Below are positions 1 to 8,086 of a DNA stretch of 64,000 nucleotides, piece by piece (the first letter of the stretch is position 1; each line of letters begins with the position of its first letter). The notes under the pieces are model-generated. The model saw only the letters and a list, made by a program, of their open reading frames with translations, did not search any database and was not told the DNA's origin. Location of the stretch: assembly GCA_028702895.1 (NCBI GenBank), contig JAQVNZ010000001.1:36235-100234 (forward strand). The letters run 5' to 3'. A program made the position numbers and the translations under genes. The DNA comes from Candidatus Iainarchaeum sp. Its GTDB lineage: Archaea > Iainarchaeota > Iainarchaeia > Iainarchaeales > JAAZKV01.

Positions 1-6
1 GAAAAA

Positions 7-444
7 CTATTTTTCTTTTTTATTTTTCGTTGTTTCTATTTTTTCATCTTTTTGTTTGATTGGTTTTTCTTCTTTTTTAGTTTCAACAATTTTTTCTTCT
101 TTTAAATTTGGTACTTGTTCTTTTTTCTCTTCAAGTTTTTCTTTAATAGTTTTCTTCTCTTTTTTTTCTTCTTTAGCTTCAAATTTTTCTTGTGGCATTA
201 ATACGCGTATAATATTTTTATCAGTTACTAGTTTAACAGTTATTCTTCGAAGACTTTTAAATAATCCATTTTGCCATAATTCTTCGTTCACTTGATTACT
301 TATTTTTATATTTTCAGATCTAGTTTCTTTTTTAACCGCTTTTTTTAATGCGAATAATGCTGATTTTGCTCTTTTTGTAGATGGTTTTTCAAAAACTTTT
401 CTTAAATTAATAGTTATTATTTTTTCTTTAAATTCTTTTGCCAT
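7..444 (-). CDS. rpl31e: 50S ribosomal protein L31e (eL31) with a K/E-rich C-terminal tail
   Basis: The translation (MAKEFKEKIITINLRKVFEKPSTKRAKSALFALKKAVKKETR...ELWQNG...RITVKL) fits the eL31 family pattern as I recall it. It is the last gene of the conserved archaeal S19e-L39e-L31e cluster. A GGGGG SD-like run lies just upstream of the ATG. About 55 C-terminal residues are K/E low complexity. Confidence 0.85.
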   Translation of the reverse strand: MAKEFKEKIITINLRKVFEKPSTKRAKSALFALKKAVKKETRSENIKISNQVNEELWQNGLFKSLRRITVKLVTDKNIIRVLMPQEKFEAKEEKKEKKTIKEKLEEKKEQVPNLKEEKIVETKKEEKPIKQKDEKIETTKNKKEK

Positions 445-455
445 TATGATTCCCC

Positions 456-701
456 CTAGTAATCTCTGCCACCTTTTTTGTGGTCTCCACTCTTTATTGT
501 TATTTTTCCTTGTTTTCGTTGGTGTTCTTTAAATCTATCGCCAAGTGCGATGTTTTTCCAAGTTCTTTTTTGTCTTGAATTCCATAATCTTTCACCAGCT
601 TTTTGCATTAACCAAACAGGTGCGCTTGTTACTCCGGAACCAATTTTTTTTCGTTCACTTATTTGAAAATCTTTAAATTCTTTATCTTTGTTTCTGCTCA
701 T
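456..701 (-). CDS. rpl39e: 50S ribosomal protein L39e (eL39), diverged, with a C-terminal extension
   Basis: MSRNK...SAPVWLMQKAGERLWNSRQKRTWKN aligns by eye to archaeal eL39 (M.SNKP...RVP.WV..KT.RRV....KRR.WRR). It lies between S19e and L31e, as in other archaea, and overlaps the S19e stop by 4 nt. It is about 30 aa longer than typical eL39. Confidence 0.6.
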   Translation of the reverse strand: MSRNKDKEFKDFQISERKKIGSGVTSAPVWLMQKAGERLWNSRQKRTWKNIALGDRFKEHQRKQGKITIKSGDHKKGGRDY

Positions 702-1234
702 TTCTTATCACCTTTAACTTCTTCTTTTTTTGGTGCTGTTTGTCTATTTAGCGCTTCGTGTACTTCTTTTGCTTGTTTTAAATCTTTTTTTACTTTTTCT
801 TTTTTAATATATTTTCCTTCTTTTAATCCTTTATCAACAATTTTTGACATTTCGTTTAACAATTTTTGTCCTTTGCTCGTTAATTTTCTTCCTCTTGGTT
901 TTGCTTTTTCTAAATATCCTGCTTGTTCTAATTTTTGAACAGCGCTTCTAATAACTTTTCCACTTGCTTTTTTGAAGTGTTCAGTTTTTACTCCTCTTCT
1001 TTGTCTTCCACCATAATAACTTCTAAGTCTTTCTGTTCCTATAACATTCCATTTGTTTGTTCGGTATAAAATGCTTGCCATTCTAACATAGAACCAATCT
1101 TCTCTTAGGGGGGCTCTTTCTCTATGCACTCCTGTTTTAACATATCCAACAAATGTTGGTTGTTCTATTTCGTTTTTAATTTTTTCAGCAGTTTCTTCTA
1201 TTAAGTATATTGCTGGAACATCATTTACTCCCAT
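698..1234 (-). CDS. rps19e: 30S ribosomal protein S19e (eS19)
   Basis: VNDVPA..LIE..AEKIK....P.F...VKTGVHRERAP...DWFYVRMASILY......GTERLRSYYGG...RG.....F.KASG.VIR...QKLE.AGY is characteristic of eS19. A K-rich tail is appended. Confidence 0.85.
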   Translation of the reverse strand: MGVNDVPAIYLIEETAEKIKNEIEQPTFVGYVKTGVHRERAPLREDWFYVRMASILYRTNKWNVIGTERLRSYYGGRQRRGVKTEHFKKASGKVIRSAVQKLEQAGYLEKAKPRGRKLTSKGQKLLNEMSKIVDKGLKEGKYIKKEKVKKDLKQAKEVHEALNRQTAPKKEEVKGDKK

Positions 1235-1323
1235 TAAATCACCTTTTTCAGTGCTATTTGTTCAATTCAATTTTTTTTAACTTGAAGAACTATTAGCTAA
1301 AACAATTCCTTCAAAAAAAGCTT

Positions 1324-1641
1324 TTAAATGCTTGTTTTTAAATCTAAACGAAATTTTTTTTCAAATTTACAATTTATGCACTTAATAATTAGGAATGGGG
1401 GTTGTTCTAGTTTTTTTATGTTTAAAGAATAACATTTTTTACAAAATGTTTTTTTTAGTTCTTTTGGTATGCTAACATTATTTTTTTCACCAATCTTTTT
1501 TGCTAGTGTCAAATATTTTTTTGTAAGGTTTTCTTTTTCTTCAAGTGTGCTTTTTTGCATTTGATTTGCTAGTTCAAATAATCTATAAATTCTTTCAAGA
1601 GCGAGTTTTTGTTTTGAATTAATTTTTTTTTCTTGATTCAT
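1324..1641 (-). CDS. rnp4: RNase P protein component 4 (Rpp21/Rpr2)
   Basis: The N-terminal helical part (LALERIYRLFELA...YLTLAKKIGEKNNVSIPKELKKTFCKKC) is followed by a second CxxC (KCINCKF). This is the Rpr2/Rpp21 architecture: a helical hairpin plus a Zn ribbon. Confidence 0.7.
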   Translation of the reverse strand: MNQEKKINSKQKLALERIYRLFELANQMQKSTLEEKENLTKKYLTLAKKIGEKNNVSIPKELKKTFCKKCYSLNIKKLEQPPFLIIKCINCKFEKKFRLDLKTSI

Positions 1642-1684
1642 AAAGTTTTTTTGTGAGGATTTAATTAAAAATAGTGTTTTTTAG

Positions 1685-1829
1685 TGCGCCCGCGGGGATT
1701 TGAACCCCGACGAAAAGCTATCATCAATTTTTGTTTAATATGCTTTGCAAAAACATGGCATAAATTTATTTGCCAAATTTTTAACAAAAATTCTGGAAGG
1801 CTTCAATGCTACTATTCCATCACGGACGC
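1685..1829 (-). tRNA. tRNA-Gly(UCC) with an intron of about 72 nt at position 37/38
   Basis: Reverse-complement reading gives these elements:
- Acceptor GCGTCCG/CGGGCGC with discriminator A.
- T arm CGGGG-TTCAAAT-CCCCG.
- Anticodon stem GAAGC/GCTTT and loop CTTCCA..
- BHB-like junction: central helix CTTC/GATG (3 of 4 pairs), bulges CAG and ATA, inner helix AATT/AATT.
No CCA is encoded. A weaker alternative register would read anticodon CCA (Trp). Confidence 0.65.
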
Positions 1830-1918
1830 GCTAGTATGTTAAATTTACTTTGTAAATTTATGATTATTAATAATTTTATTTAAGGGATTGTTTAAAAATA
1901 AAACCTCGTTATGTATAC

Positions 1919-2119
1919 TTATTTTTTTAGGGCGGTGTATAATGGTTTTATTGCACAAAGAATGAATATTATTGCGTACCAATACCAATCCAAAGATAAT
2001 ATTGGTGTCCAAAGTTTGGCAATCATTAAAGTAAATCCAATCATACTTAATTTTGTAAACGAAATATCAATAACATTTAATTTTTTTACTTTTTTGTTTA
2101 AGTTTCCCATAATCTTCAT
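1919..2119 (-). CDS. Small hypothetical membrane protein (66 aa)
   Basis: The translation has two plausible hydrophobic helices (MIGFTLMIAKLW, WYWYAIIFILCAI). The overlapping plus-strand ORF 1911..2156 looks like a compositional shadow. No family was recognised. Confidence 0.3.
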   Translation of the reverse strand: MKIMGNLNKKVKKLNVIDISFTKLSMIGFTLMIAKLWTPILSLDWYWYAIIFILCAIKPLYTALKK

Positions 2120-2208
2120 TTTTTCACCTTATATTAAAAATGGTTTTATTGTATAAAATTGTTTTGTTTTAATGTTTTCTTTTTAATAAGTTCGTTTCTT
2201 TTTCTGTT

Positions 2209-2838
2209 ATGTCTGGAAAATTTATTGTTTTTGATGGTCTGCCTGGTTCTGGTAAAGGTACTCAAATAAAAAAAGTTTTTGAATATATTTTTGATAAAGA
2301 TAAAAAATTTGATAATATTCTTATTACTGATGAGCCTACGCAAGGGCCTTTTGGATTAGAAATAAGAGAATTATTTAAAAAACAAAAAACAAGTGATGAT
2401 TTTAAAGATGAATTATTTGATCTTTTTGTTAAGGATCGAGAGTGGCATATTAATTCTATTATTAAACCAGCTTTAGAAAAAAATTTTATCGTTTTATGTG
2501 ATAGGTACAAGTATTCGTCTATTGCTTATCAAACAGTTCAAGGTACTGATTTTGAAAAAGTTTTTTCTAGTCATAAAAATTTTTTAGCACCTACTCTTTC
2601 TTTAATTTTTGATGTGGATCCAAATATAGCAGTTGAAAGAATATCTAAAGCTAATGATGCTAAACGAAAGGATACTGATAAATTTAGGGAATTTGATTTT
2701 GTTTTTAAATTAAGAAAATATTTTTTGGATTTACCAAAACAATTGCCATCTGAAAACATAAAAATAATTAATGCTAATTTATCAATTAATTCAGTTTTTG
2801 AACAAATCAAGATAGAATTAGATTCTATTTTATATTAA
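2209..2838 (+). CDS. tmk: Thymidylate kinase (dTMP kinase)
   Basis: It has the P-loop FIVFDGLPGSGKGTQ and the DRY..SSIAYQ motif (tmk signature DR...S..AYQ), and its length of about 200 aa fits. Confidence 0.8.
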   Translation: MSGKFIVFDGLPGSGKGTQIKKVFEYIFDKDKKFDNILITDEPTQGPFGLEIRELFKKQKTSDDFKDELFDLFVKDREWHINSIIKPALEKNFIVLCDRYKYSSIAYQTVQGTDFEKVFSSHKNFLAPTLSLIFDVDPNIAVERISKANDAKRKDTDKFREFDFVFKLRKYFLDLPKQLPSENIKIINANLSINSVFEQIKIELDSILY

Positions 2839-2981
2839 GTTTTTATTTTTTTAATATATTTTTTAGTTAGAATATTTTATTTATTTTAAACTTTATTTTT
2901 TTTGTTTTTATGACTTTTGTTATTTTTTCTTTACTTTAAGTTTAAGAAAAAGTTTAATAACCACTAATTGTTAGTATTAGT

Positions 2982-3944
2982 ATGGATTATAATAAAATAA
3001 TTGATTCCACATATAGTTGGTTTTCTTTTTCAAAAGCAATTTGGTTTTTATTATTTTTTTGGTTAGCTTTGCCTGTTTTATTTTTGGTTCCGATTGCGTT
3101 TGAACAAGGGTTATTTTATTATGGCTTTTCATGGGCTTTGCAGGGATTGTATGTTATAACTTATATTTCCATTTTACTAGGTTTATTTTTGTTAACTGGG
3201 TTTGTTTTAAATAATAATAATATTAAATCAAAAGAAATTTCGATAAGCGTTTTTTTAGACATTATTTTTCTTGTGTTTTGTGAATTTTTTTATACTTTCT
3301 TTTGGAATATTAATAAAAAATTTAGGTTTACTCAAATTTTATTATTGTTTGGATCTGGATTACTGGGGTATTATTCTTTGTTTGTTCAGTCTCAATTTAT
3401 TTTTATATCGTTTATTATTTTTGTTGTATGTTATACTTTTTTTGTGTTATACAATTTTTTAAGAGTTTCTTTTTCGCTTACGCTTTTTTTGCATAATGAT
3501 TTTTCTATTATAGAATCTATTTTTGAATCCTGGCATTTAACTCATAATAAAGCATTACAGATTTTTTTTGGTTACTTGTTTAATCTTGTAACAGTTTTTG
3601 TTATTTTTGTAGTTGTTAGTATTATTTTGGGTGCTATAGCTAATTTGCTTTTAGTTAATTATTTGACTATTGCGTTATCATATAAATTAGCAATGGTGTT
3701 AGCAGTTATTTTTGCATTTGCTCCTGCGCTTGTTAGTTATTATTTTGGTTTTATGGAAATGTATTTGCAATTAATAAATCAACATTTGTCTAATAAAAAA
3801 ATAAAAAATATGCTTGCTGATAAAGTGGTACAAACTAATAAAATTGTTGTAACAAAAAAAGTTAAAAAATCTAAACCAATTAAAAAAAGTGTTAAGAAAA
3901 TTATTAAGAAAAAGAGTTCAAATAAAAAGTCTATTAAAAAATAA
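2982..3944 (+). CDS. Hypothetical polytopic membrane protein with a lysine-rich C-terminal tail
   Basis: This is a long ORF with at least 6 hydrophobic segments. It ends in about 45 residues of K-rich low complexity (KKVKKSKPIKKSVKKIIKKKSSNKKSIKK). No family was recognised. Confidence 0.5.
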   Translation: MDYNKIIDSTYSWFSFSKAIWFLLFFWLALPVLFLVPIAFEQGLFYYGFSWALQGLYVITYISILLGLFLLTGFVLNNNNIKSKEISISVFLDIIFLVFCEFFYTFFWNINKKFRFTQILLLFGSGLLGYYSLFVQSQFIFISFIIFVVCYTFFVLYNFLRVSFSLTLFLHNDFSIIESIFESWHLTHNKALQIFFGYLFNLVTVFVIFVVVSIILGAIANLLLVNYLTIALSYKLAMVLAVIFAFAPALVSYYFGFMEMYLQLINQHLSNKKIKNMLADKVVQTNKIVVTKKVKKSKPIKKSVKKIIKKKSSNKKSIKK

Positions 3945-3951
3945 TTTTTTA

Positions 3952-4114
3952 TGCGACTGCCGGGAATTGAACCCCGGCCTCGTCCTTTTTGCAAACCTTT
4001 TTTTTAATTGAACGCTTTTTTTAAAAGGGTTCATGCGCTAGCTTATTTTTCCGTGAACGCTTTTTTTAAAAGGGTTCTGGCAAGGACGAATCATAGCCAC
4101 TAGACTACAATCGC
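3952..4114 (-). tRNA. tRNA-Gly(GCC) with an intron of about 90 nt containing a 24-nt perfect direct repeat
   Basis: Reverse-complement reading gives these elements:
- Acceptor GCGATTG/CAGTCGC with discriminator A.
- D loop AGTGGCTA.
- Anticodon stem CGTCC/GGACG and loop TTGCCA..
- T arm CGGGG-TTCAATT-CCCGG (one mismatch).
- hBHBh-like junction: central helix TTGC/GCAA, bulges CAG and AAA, inner helix AACC/GGTT.
The intron carries two identical 24-mers (plus-strand coordinates 4009-4032 and 4054-4077). Confidence 0.7.
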
Positions 4115-4156
4115 ATTCATTAAATTGTTTTTTGCTCTTGTTTTTAAATTATTCTA

Positions 4157-5839
4157 TTAAACATATTTTTTCTTTACTGCGAATAATATTAGTAATAAAA
4201 TTGATATTATTGGTAATAATGCAAATACTGTTAATTCAAGAGTCCCAAATAATGGTTTATCTGGGTCTTTTGTTTTTATTTGTTGTATTATTATAGTTTC
4301 AGTTGGTTTTTGTTCAATTATTATCTTTTGTTCTATTGCAGTTAATGTTTGGGTATATGTTTGAGTGGGGGTAATTATCTCAATTAAATATTGGTTGGTA
4401 TCAATGGTGGCTTCTTTTCTAATCCAAATGTTTTGAAATGCTTGGAGGGTTTCAAAATAATTTGTGTCATTAATTTTTATGGATATTTCTTTGGGGTTTG
4501 GAGTATTGTTTGATACATTTATTTCAAATCGTATATTTGTTGCTGTTGTTATTGGCATTATTCTATTTATTATAACTTCACCATTATTAAGTTCAATAGC
4601 TGGAGTTATTTCAAATTCTATTTCGTAAGGTTCTCTTAAACTATTAAATGTTAGTTTTCCTTTTGCAAGTTCATTGTCTTCTAAATTTATTTTTGGGTAT
4701 ATTTTAAATATTATTTTTTCGCTTTCATTTCCTTTTAATGTTATTGATTTTGTTTTATCATAAAAATATATGTCTGAATATGTTTCAAGTATTTTTATGG
4801 GGATTGTTAATTGTCCGTTTGTATTATTTTTTACTAATATTTCTAGGTCATTCCATTGATTGGCTTTTAATTTTTTTGGATTCCAAGTTAATTCAACATG
4901 TGAAAAATATTTTTTTGAATTAATAGTTACTTCAGGAATTGTTTGTGTTTGAAAACTTATTTCTACATTTTTTGGAAAAATTGCCTTTGCTTGAGACAGA
5001 GTTATGTCTGTAAAAGAACCCATTTTTATGTGTGTTCCATCAACAAATCCTGGTTCTCTAAAAGTTGGGTCTGATGGTATCCATCCTATTTCTTCATGGT
5101 ATACTTCAAGCCAAGCATGGTTTCCCCATTCTTTTCCATCAAATGTGGGTCCAATAATAATTCTTGTAGGAATGTTTTTTGCTCTTAAAAATGCGGCGGC
5201 TAGATTAGTGAATTCATCACAAACACCTTTTTTGGATAATAATGTGTCTGTAGCTGATTTTTGTAATAAATAATATTTTTGAAATTCATCTCCTTGTGCA
5301 TAATCTACATAGTCATTTACTTTGAAGATAACATCATTTAATGTGTTTAGAAAACTATTTTCTTTTAATTTGTTTTTTACAATTGATTGTATTTCAAGGG
5401 AATTACTTTCAATTAGTGGACTACTCTCAACAAATTTTTTGATTTGTTTTGGATAATTTCCAATATTTACATCATTTATTTCGTAAATTATTGCTTGGGT
5501 TTTTATTTGCGCTATTATTTCAAAAGTAAAATCTCCGTTTTCAGGTATTCTAAATTTAACATATTTGTTATCAAATTCATCAAAAATATATTCTGGGTAA
5601 ATAGTTTTATCATTAATATAAAGAGCTTCACTTATTACTCTTGTTTTTTGATATTCTGTTTGTGGGAATGTTATTGTTTGAAAAGTAACTTCTTGGCCTT
5701 TTTCTAATCCAGAAATTTTTCCAAACCCAAAAAGTTTGATTGTTGCATCTAATTCATTAATAGTTGTCGGATAAAAAGTTTGACTAAAAATATTGTTTAA
5801 CAGTATTATAAAGATAAATAAGATTAAAATTTTTTTCAT
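4157..5839 (-). CDS. Surface-anchored transglutaminase-like cysteine protease-fold protein
   Basis: An N-terminal signal/TM (MKKILILFIFIILLNNIFS) is followed by a transglutaminase core Cys-His-Asp triad context (KKGVCDEFTNLAAAFLRAKNIPTR ... GNHAWLEVY ... WIPSDPT). After that come beta-rich regions and a C-terminal TM anchor (LELTVFALLPIISILLLILFAVKKK). Confidence 0.75.
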   Translation of the reverse strand: MKKILILFIFIILLNNIFSQTFYPTTINELDATIKLFGFGKISGLEKGQEVTFQTITFPQTEYQKTRVISEALYINDKTIYPEYIFDEFDNKYVKFRIPENGDFTFEIIAQIKTQAIIYEINDVNIGNYPKQIKKFVESSPLIESNSLEIQSIVKNKLKENSFLNTLNDVIFKVNDYVDYAQGDEFQKYYLLQKSATDTLLSKKGVCDEFTNLAAAFLRAKNIPTRIIIGPTFDGKEWGNHAWLEVYHEEIGWIPSDPTFREPGFVDGTHIKMGSFTDITLSQAKAIFPKNVEISFQTQTIPEVTINSKKYFSHVELTWNPKKLKANQWNDLEILVKNNTNGQLTIPIKILETYSDIYFYDKTKSITLKGNESEKIIFKIYPKINLEDNELAKGKLTFNSLREPYEIEFEITPAIELNNGEVIINRIMPITTATNIRFEINVSNNTPNPKEISIKINDTNYFETLQAFQNIWIRKEATIDTNQYLIEIITPTQTYTQTLTAIEQKIIIEQKPTETIIIQQIKTKDPDKPLFGTLELTVFALLPIISILLLILFAVKKKYV

Positions 5840-5895
5840 ATAAAAGTAATAGTGTTAATTCTTTTTATTATTTGGTATGTTAAAAATATTTTTTT

Positions 5896-5971
5896 TGGTG
5901 GGCCGAGGCGGATTCGAACCGCCGACTCTCACCTTGTAAGGGTGATGTCATAGCCGCTAGACCACCGGCCC
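5896..5971 (-). tRNA. tRNA-Val(UAC), intronless, with genomically encoded CCA
   Basis: The reverse complement is GGGCCGG-TG-GTCTAGCGGCTATGAC-A-TCACC-CTTACAA-GGTGA-GAGTC-GGCGG-TTCGAAT-CCGCC-TCGGCCC-A-CCA. This is a clean cloverleaf with anticodon TAC. Confidence 0.9.
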
Positions 5972-6102
5972 AAAAAATTTGTATTTTTAATACAGTTATT
6001 CTTCTAGAAAAATTATCTTGCAGTTTCTTTTTAAACCTTAAGTTTTTTTGTTTTTGAGAAGATTTAAATATAAGTTTTTGTTTTACTTGTTAGGTGATTT
6101 AA

Positions 6103-6561
6103 TTGAAAAAGATTATTTTGTTTAAGATAGGTTCTAAGGATGCACAATTGCCTAGATTAGTGGGGGCATTTTTGATTATAATTTCAGTTTTAATGCTTAT
6201 TCAATCTGGGGCAGTAATGTTTGATTCTTGGTCAGCAGTAAAAGAATTTAATTCGTGTGTTGATAAAGCATATAGTATTAGCGGGGATGTTGTTGGATTA
6301 GATGCTATTCTCTCTGAATTAAAATATCAGGATTGTAAAAATTCATTGTATCAAATAACTGGCGCGCAGGTTGTTGGAGGAAAGACTTTTTTAACTTCTA
6401 GACAATTTTGGACAGCATTTGCTACGCCTGTTAGTATTTTCTTCGCGTGGTCAATAATATTTTTGTTTGCGTTGTTTTTGTTTAATTCGGCAGCTATTGT
6501 TGTGCCTGTTGAACAAATAGTATTAGAACAAGAAATTATTTTAAAAAAGAAAAAAAAGTAA
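6103..6561 (+). CDS. Hypothetical membrane protein (TTG start)
   Basis: A TTG start is preceded by AGGTGAT (SD-like, 6092-6098). There are two hydrophobic segments and a central Cys-containing loop. No family was recognised. Confidence 0.5.
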   Translation: MKKIILFKIGSKDAQLPRLVGAFLIIISVLMLIQSGAVMFDSWSAVKEFNSCVDKAYSISGDVVGLDAILSELKYQDCKNSLYQITGAQVVGGKTFLTSRQFWTAFATPVSIFFAWSIIFLFALFLFNSAAIVVPVEQIVLEQEIILKKKKK

Positions 6562-6610
6562 ATAGGAAAAATTTCTTTTTTCCTATTTTTTAGTTTTTTA
6601 ATAATTGTGT

Positions 6611-8056
6611 TTACATTGTTAATGTATTAACTTTTTCTGATTTAGCGCTGCTTTTTCTAGCGCCTATTATTGTGTTTATTTCTTTTTTTTCAGCAGTTTC
6701 TAATAGTCTTTTTGTTATTATTCCATCAAATAATATTGTGTGTATTTTTTTCTTACTTTTTTCTATTGATGGGATTATTTCTTTTACTTCTACATCTTTG
6801 ATTTTTTTGTTTTTATCGTCATATAATCTAGCTTTTAAACTACCTTTGAATTTTGTGTAATCATTTGTTATTGTTTTTGCTATTGTTGGTGCTTCGATTT
6901 TTTTTGTTTGTGGTTTGATATCAGTTTTTTGTATTTCAGTTTTTGTTTCTATTTTTGCTGGTTGTTCTGTTTTTGTTTGTGTACTTGGTTTTGGTCTATA
7001 ATTTCCTTGGAATGGATCAAATGGTTTTGCATTATTTGGTCTCCATGAATTATAACTACTTCTTTGATTATCAAATCTTTCGTTTCGATTAGATCCAAAT
7101 TGGTTATAACTTGGTTTTCCTTGGTAATTATTGTATTTGTTAGTTGGATAATTGTTGTTATATGGTTTGAAAGTAGTTGGTCTATTATTAAATTTGTTAA
7201 ATTGTGGCCTTTCAAAACTTGGATAATTATTTGATTTTCCTTTCAAATAATCTGCTATGCTATATTTTCGTTTTAGTGATTGTAGTATTTCTTTTTGCGT
7301 TAATTCTTCAACTTCTTTTCCATCTGGTGCGGTTGCAACAAATTCTACTTTTGTTAATGCTGCTAATTTTTTTGCATTTAACTCTCCGCCTCGATCTCCA
7401 TCTACTAACATTGTTACTGTTTTGTGTTTGCATAATTCGATTAAGGATTGTTCAATATTGCTTCCGTTCATTGCGATAGCGTTTTTTATTCCGTAACTTA
7501 ATAGTTTAATTACATCTGCTCTTCCTTCTACAACAATTATTTCGTTGCTCGTTTGTACTTCTGGACCAGCTTGTAAACCATTTAAGTCAACTATTTTCGC
7601 TGTTCTTATTTGGCTTTTTATATTATCAGCTATTTCGGTTGTTTCGATTCCTTCAAATTTTTGCATTTTTTTAAGTAATTGTTTTGCTCTATCTGTAATA
7701 ACATCTCTTTTTTCTTTTCTTGTATCTGAAATGTTTAATATTTTTACAATAGTATTACAAGGGCCTACTTTTTCAACAGTTTCTATTGTTGCTGCAAGTA
7801 TGCTTGTTTTTACTTGATCTAATGAACTAGGAATAATTATTTCTCCACTAGTTTTTCCTTTATTTTTATTTACTGTTATTTCTATTCGTCCTAATTTTCC
7901 AGCTTGTTGTAATTCTTTTAAATCCATGTCTTCGCCTAACAAACCTTCGCTTTGTCCGAATATTGCGCCAATTATGTCTGGTTTTTCTACTATTCCGTCT
8001 ACTTCATATGTGGCTTTTATTTCATACTTTATAGTACTTAAATAAGTTTTTGCCAT
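6611..8056 (-). CDS. dnaG: Archaeal DnaG-type primase / exosome-associated TOPRIM protein, with a low-complexity insertion
   Basis: The N-terminus (YEVDGIVEKPDIIGAIFGQSEGLLGEDMDLKELQQAGKLGRIEI) is the hallmark archaeal DnaG N-domain. The TOPRIM region follows (IIVVEGRADV...LVDGDRGGE). Residues about 275-360 are N/Y/P/Q/F-rich low complexity. Confidence 0.85.
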   Translation of the reverse strand: MAKTYLSTIKYEIKATYEVDGIVEKPDIIGAIFGQSEGLLGEDMDLKELQQAGKLGRIEITVNKNKGKTSGEIIIPSSLDQVKTSILAATIETVEKVGPCNTIVKILNISDTRKEKRDVITDRAKQLLKKMQKFEGIETTEIADNIKSQIRTAKIVDLNGLQAGPEVQTSNEIIVVEGRADVIKLLSYGIKNAIAMNGSNIEQSLIELCKHKTVTMLVDGDRGGELNAKKLAALTKVEFVATAPDGKEVEELTQKEILQSLKRKYSIADYLKGKSNNYPSFERPQFNKFNNRPTTFKPYNNNYPTNKYNNYQGKPSYNQFGSNRNERFDNQRSSYNSWRPNNAKPFDPFQGNYRPKPSTQTKTEQPAKIETKTEIQKTDIKPQTKKIEAPTIAKTITNDYTKFKGSLKARLYDDKNKKIKDVEVKEIIPSIEKSKKKIHTILFDGIITKRLLETAEKKEINTIIGARKSSAKSEKVNTLTM

Positions 8057-8086
8057 AATTTCACTTCCTATGTTTTAGAATTAGGT

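Noticed and set aside
56-938. Plus-strand ORFs 56..295, 478..666 and 663..938. The same applies to dozens of similar antisense or off-frame track ORFs, for example 2262..2510, 5004..5273, 7204..7817, 19636..20058, 21839..22378, 33848..34363, 40183..40590, 42461..42826 and 62333..62758.
   Set aside because: They lie antisense to, or out of frame with, well-supported genes. They translate to F/L/S/I-rich low-complexity strings typical of shadow ORFs in AT-rich DNA. None shows a recognisable motif.
1721-1726. A UGAUGA (C-box-like) motif inside the tRNA-Gly(UCC) intron, suggesting an intron-encoded C/D box sRNA as in some archaeal tRNA-Trp introns.
   Set aside because: The motif sits at the 3' end of the intron instead of the 5' end. 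No CUGA D box or C'/D' pair is present. It is better explained as part of the BHB junction (GATG/ATA).
1911-2343. ORFs 1911..2156 (+) and 2146..2343 (-).
   Set aside because: The first is a shadow of the more protein-like 66-aa minus-strand membrane ORF. The second overlaps the tmk start region antisense and is low-complexity K/N/I/F.
6949-7215. An 88-aa minus-strand ORF in an alternative frame inside dnaG.
   Set aside because: It is an out-of-frame reading of the low-complexity N/Y/P/Q region of DnaG. It has no start context or motif.
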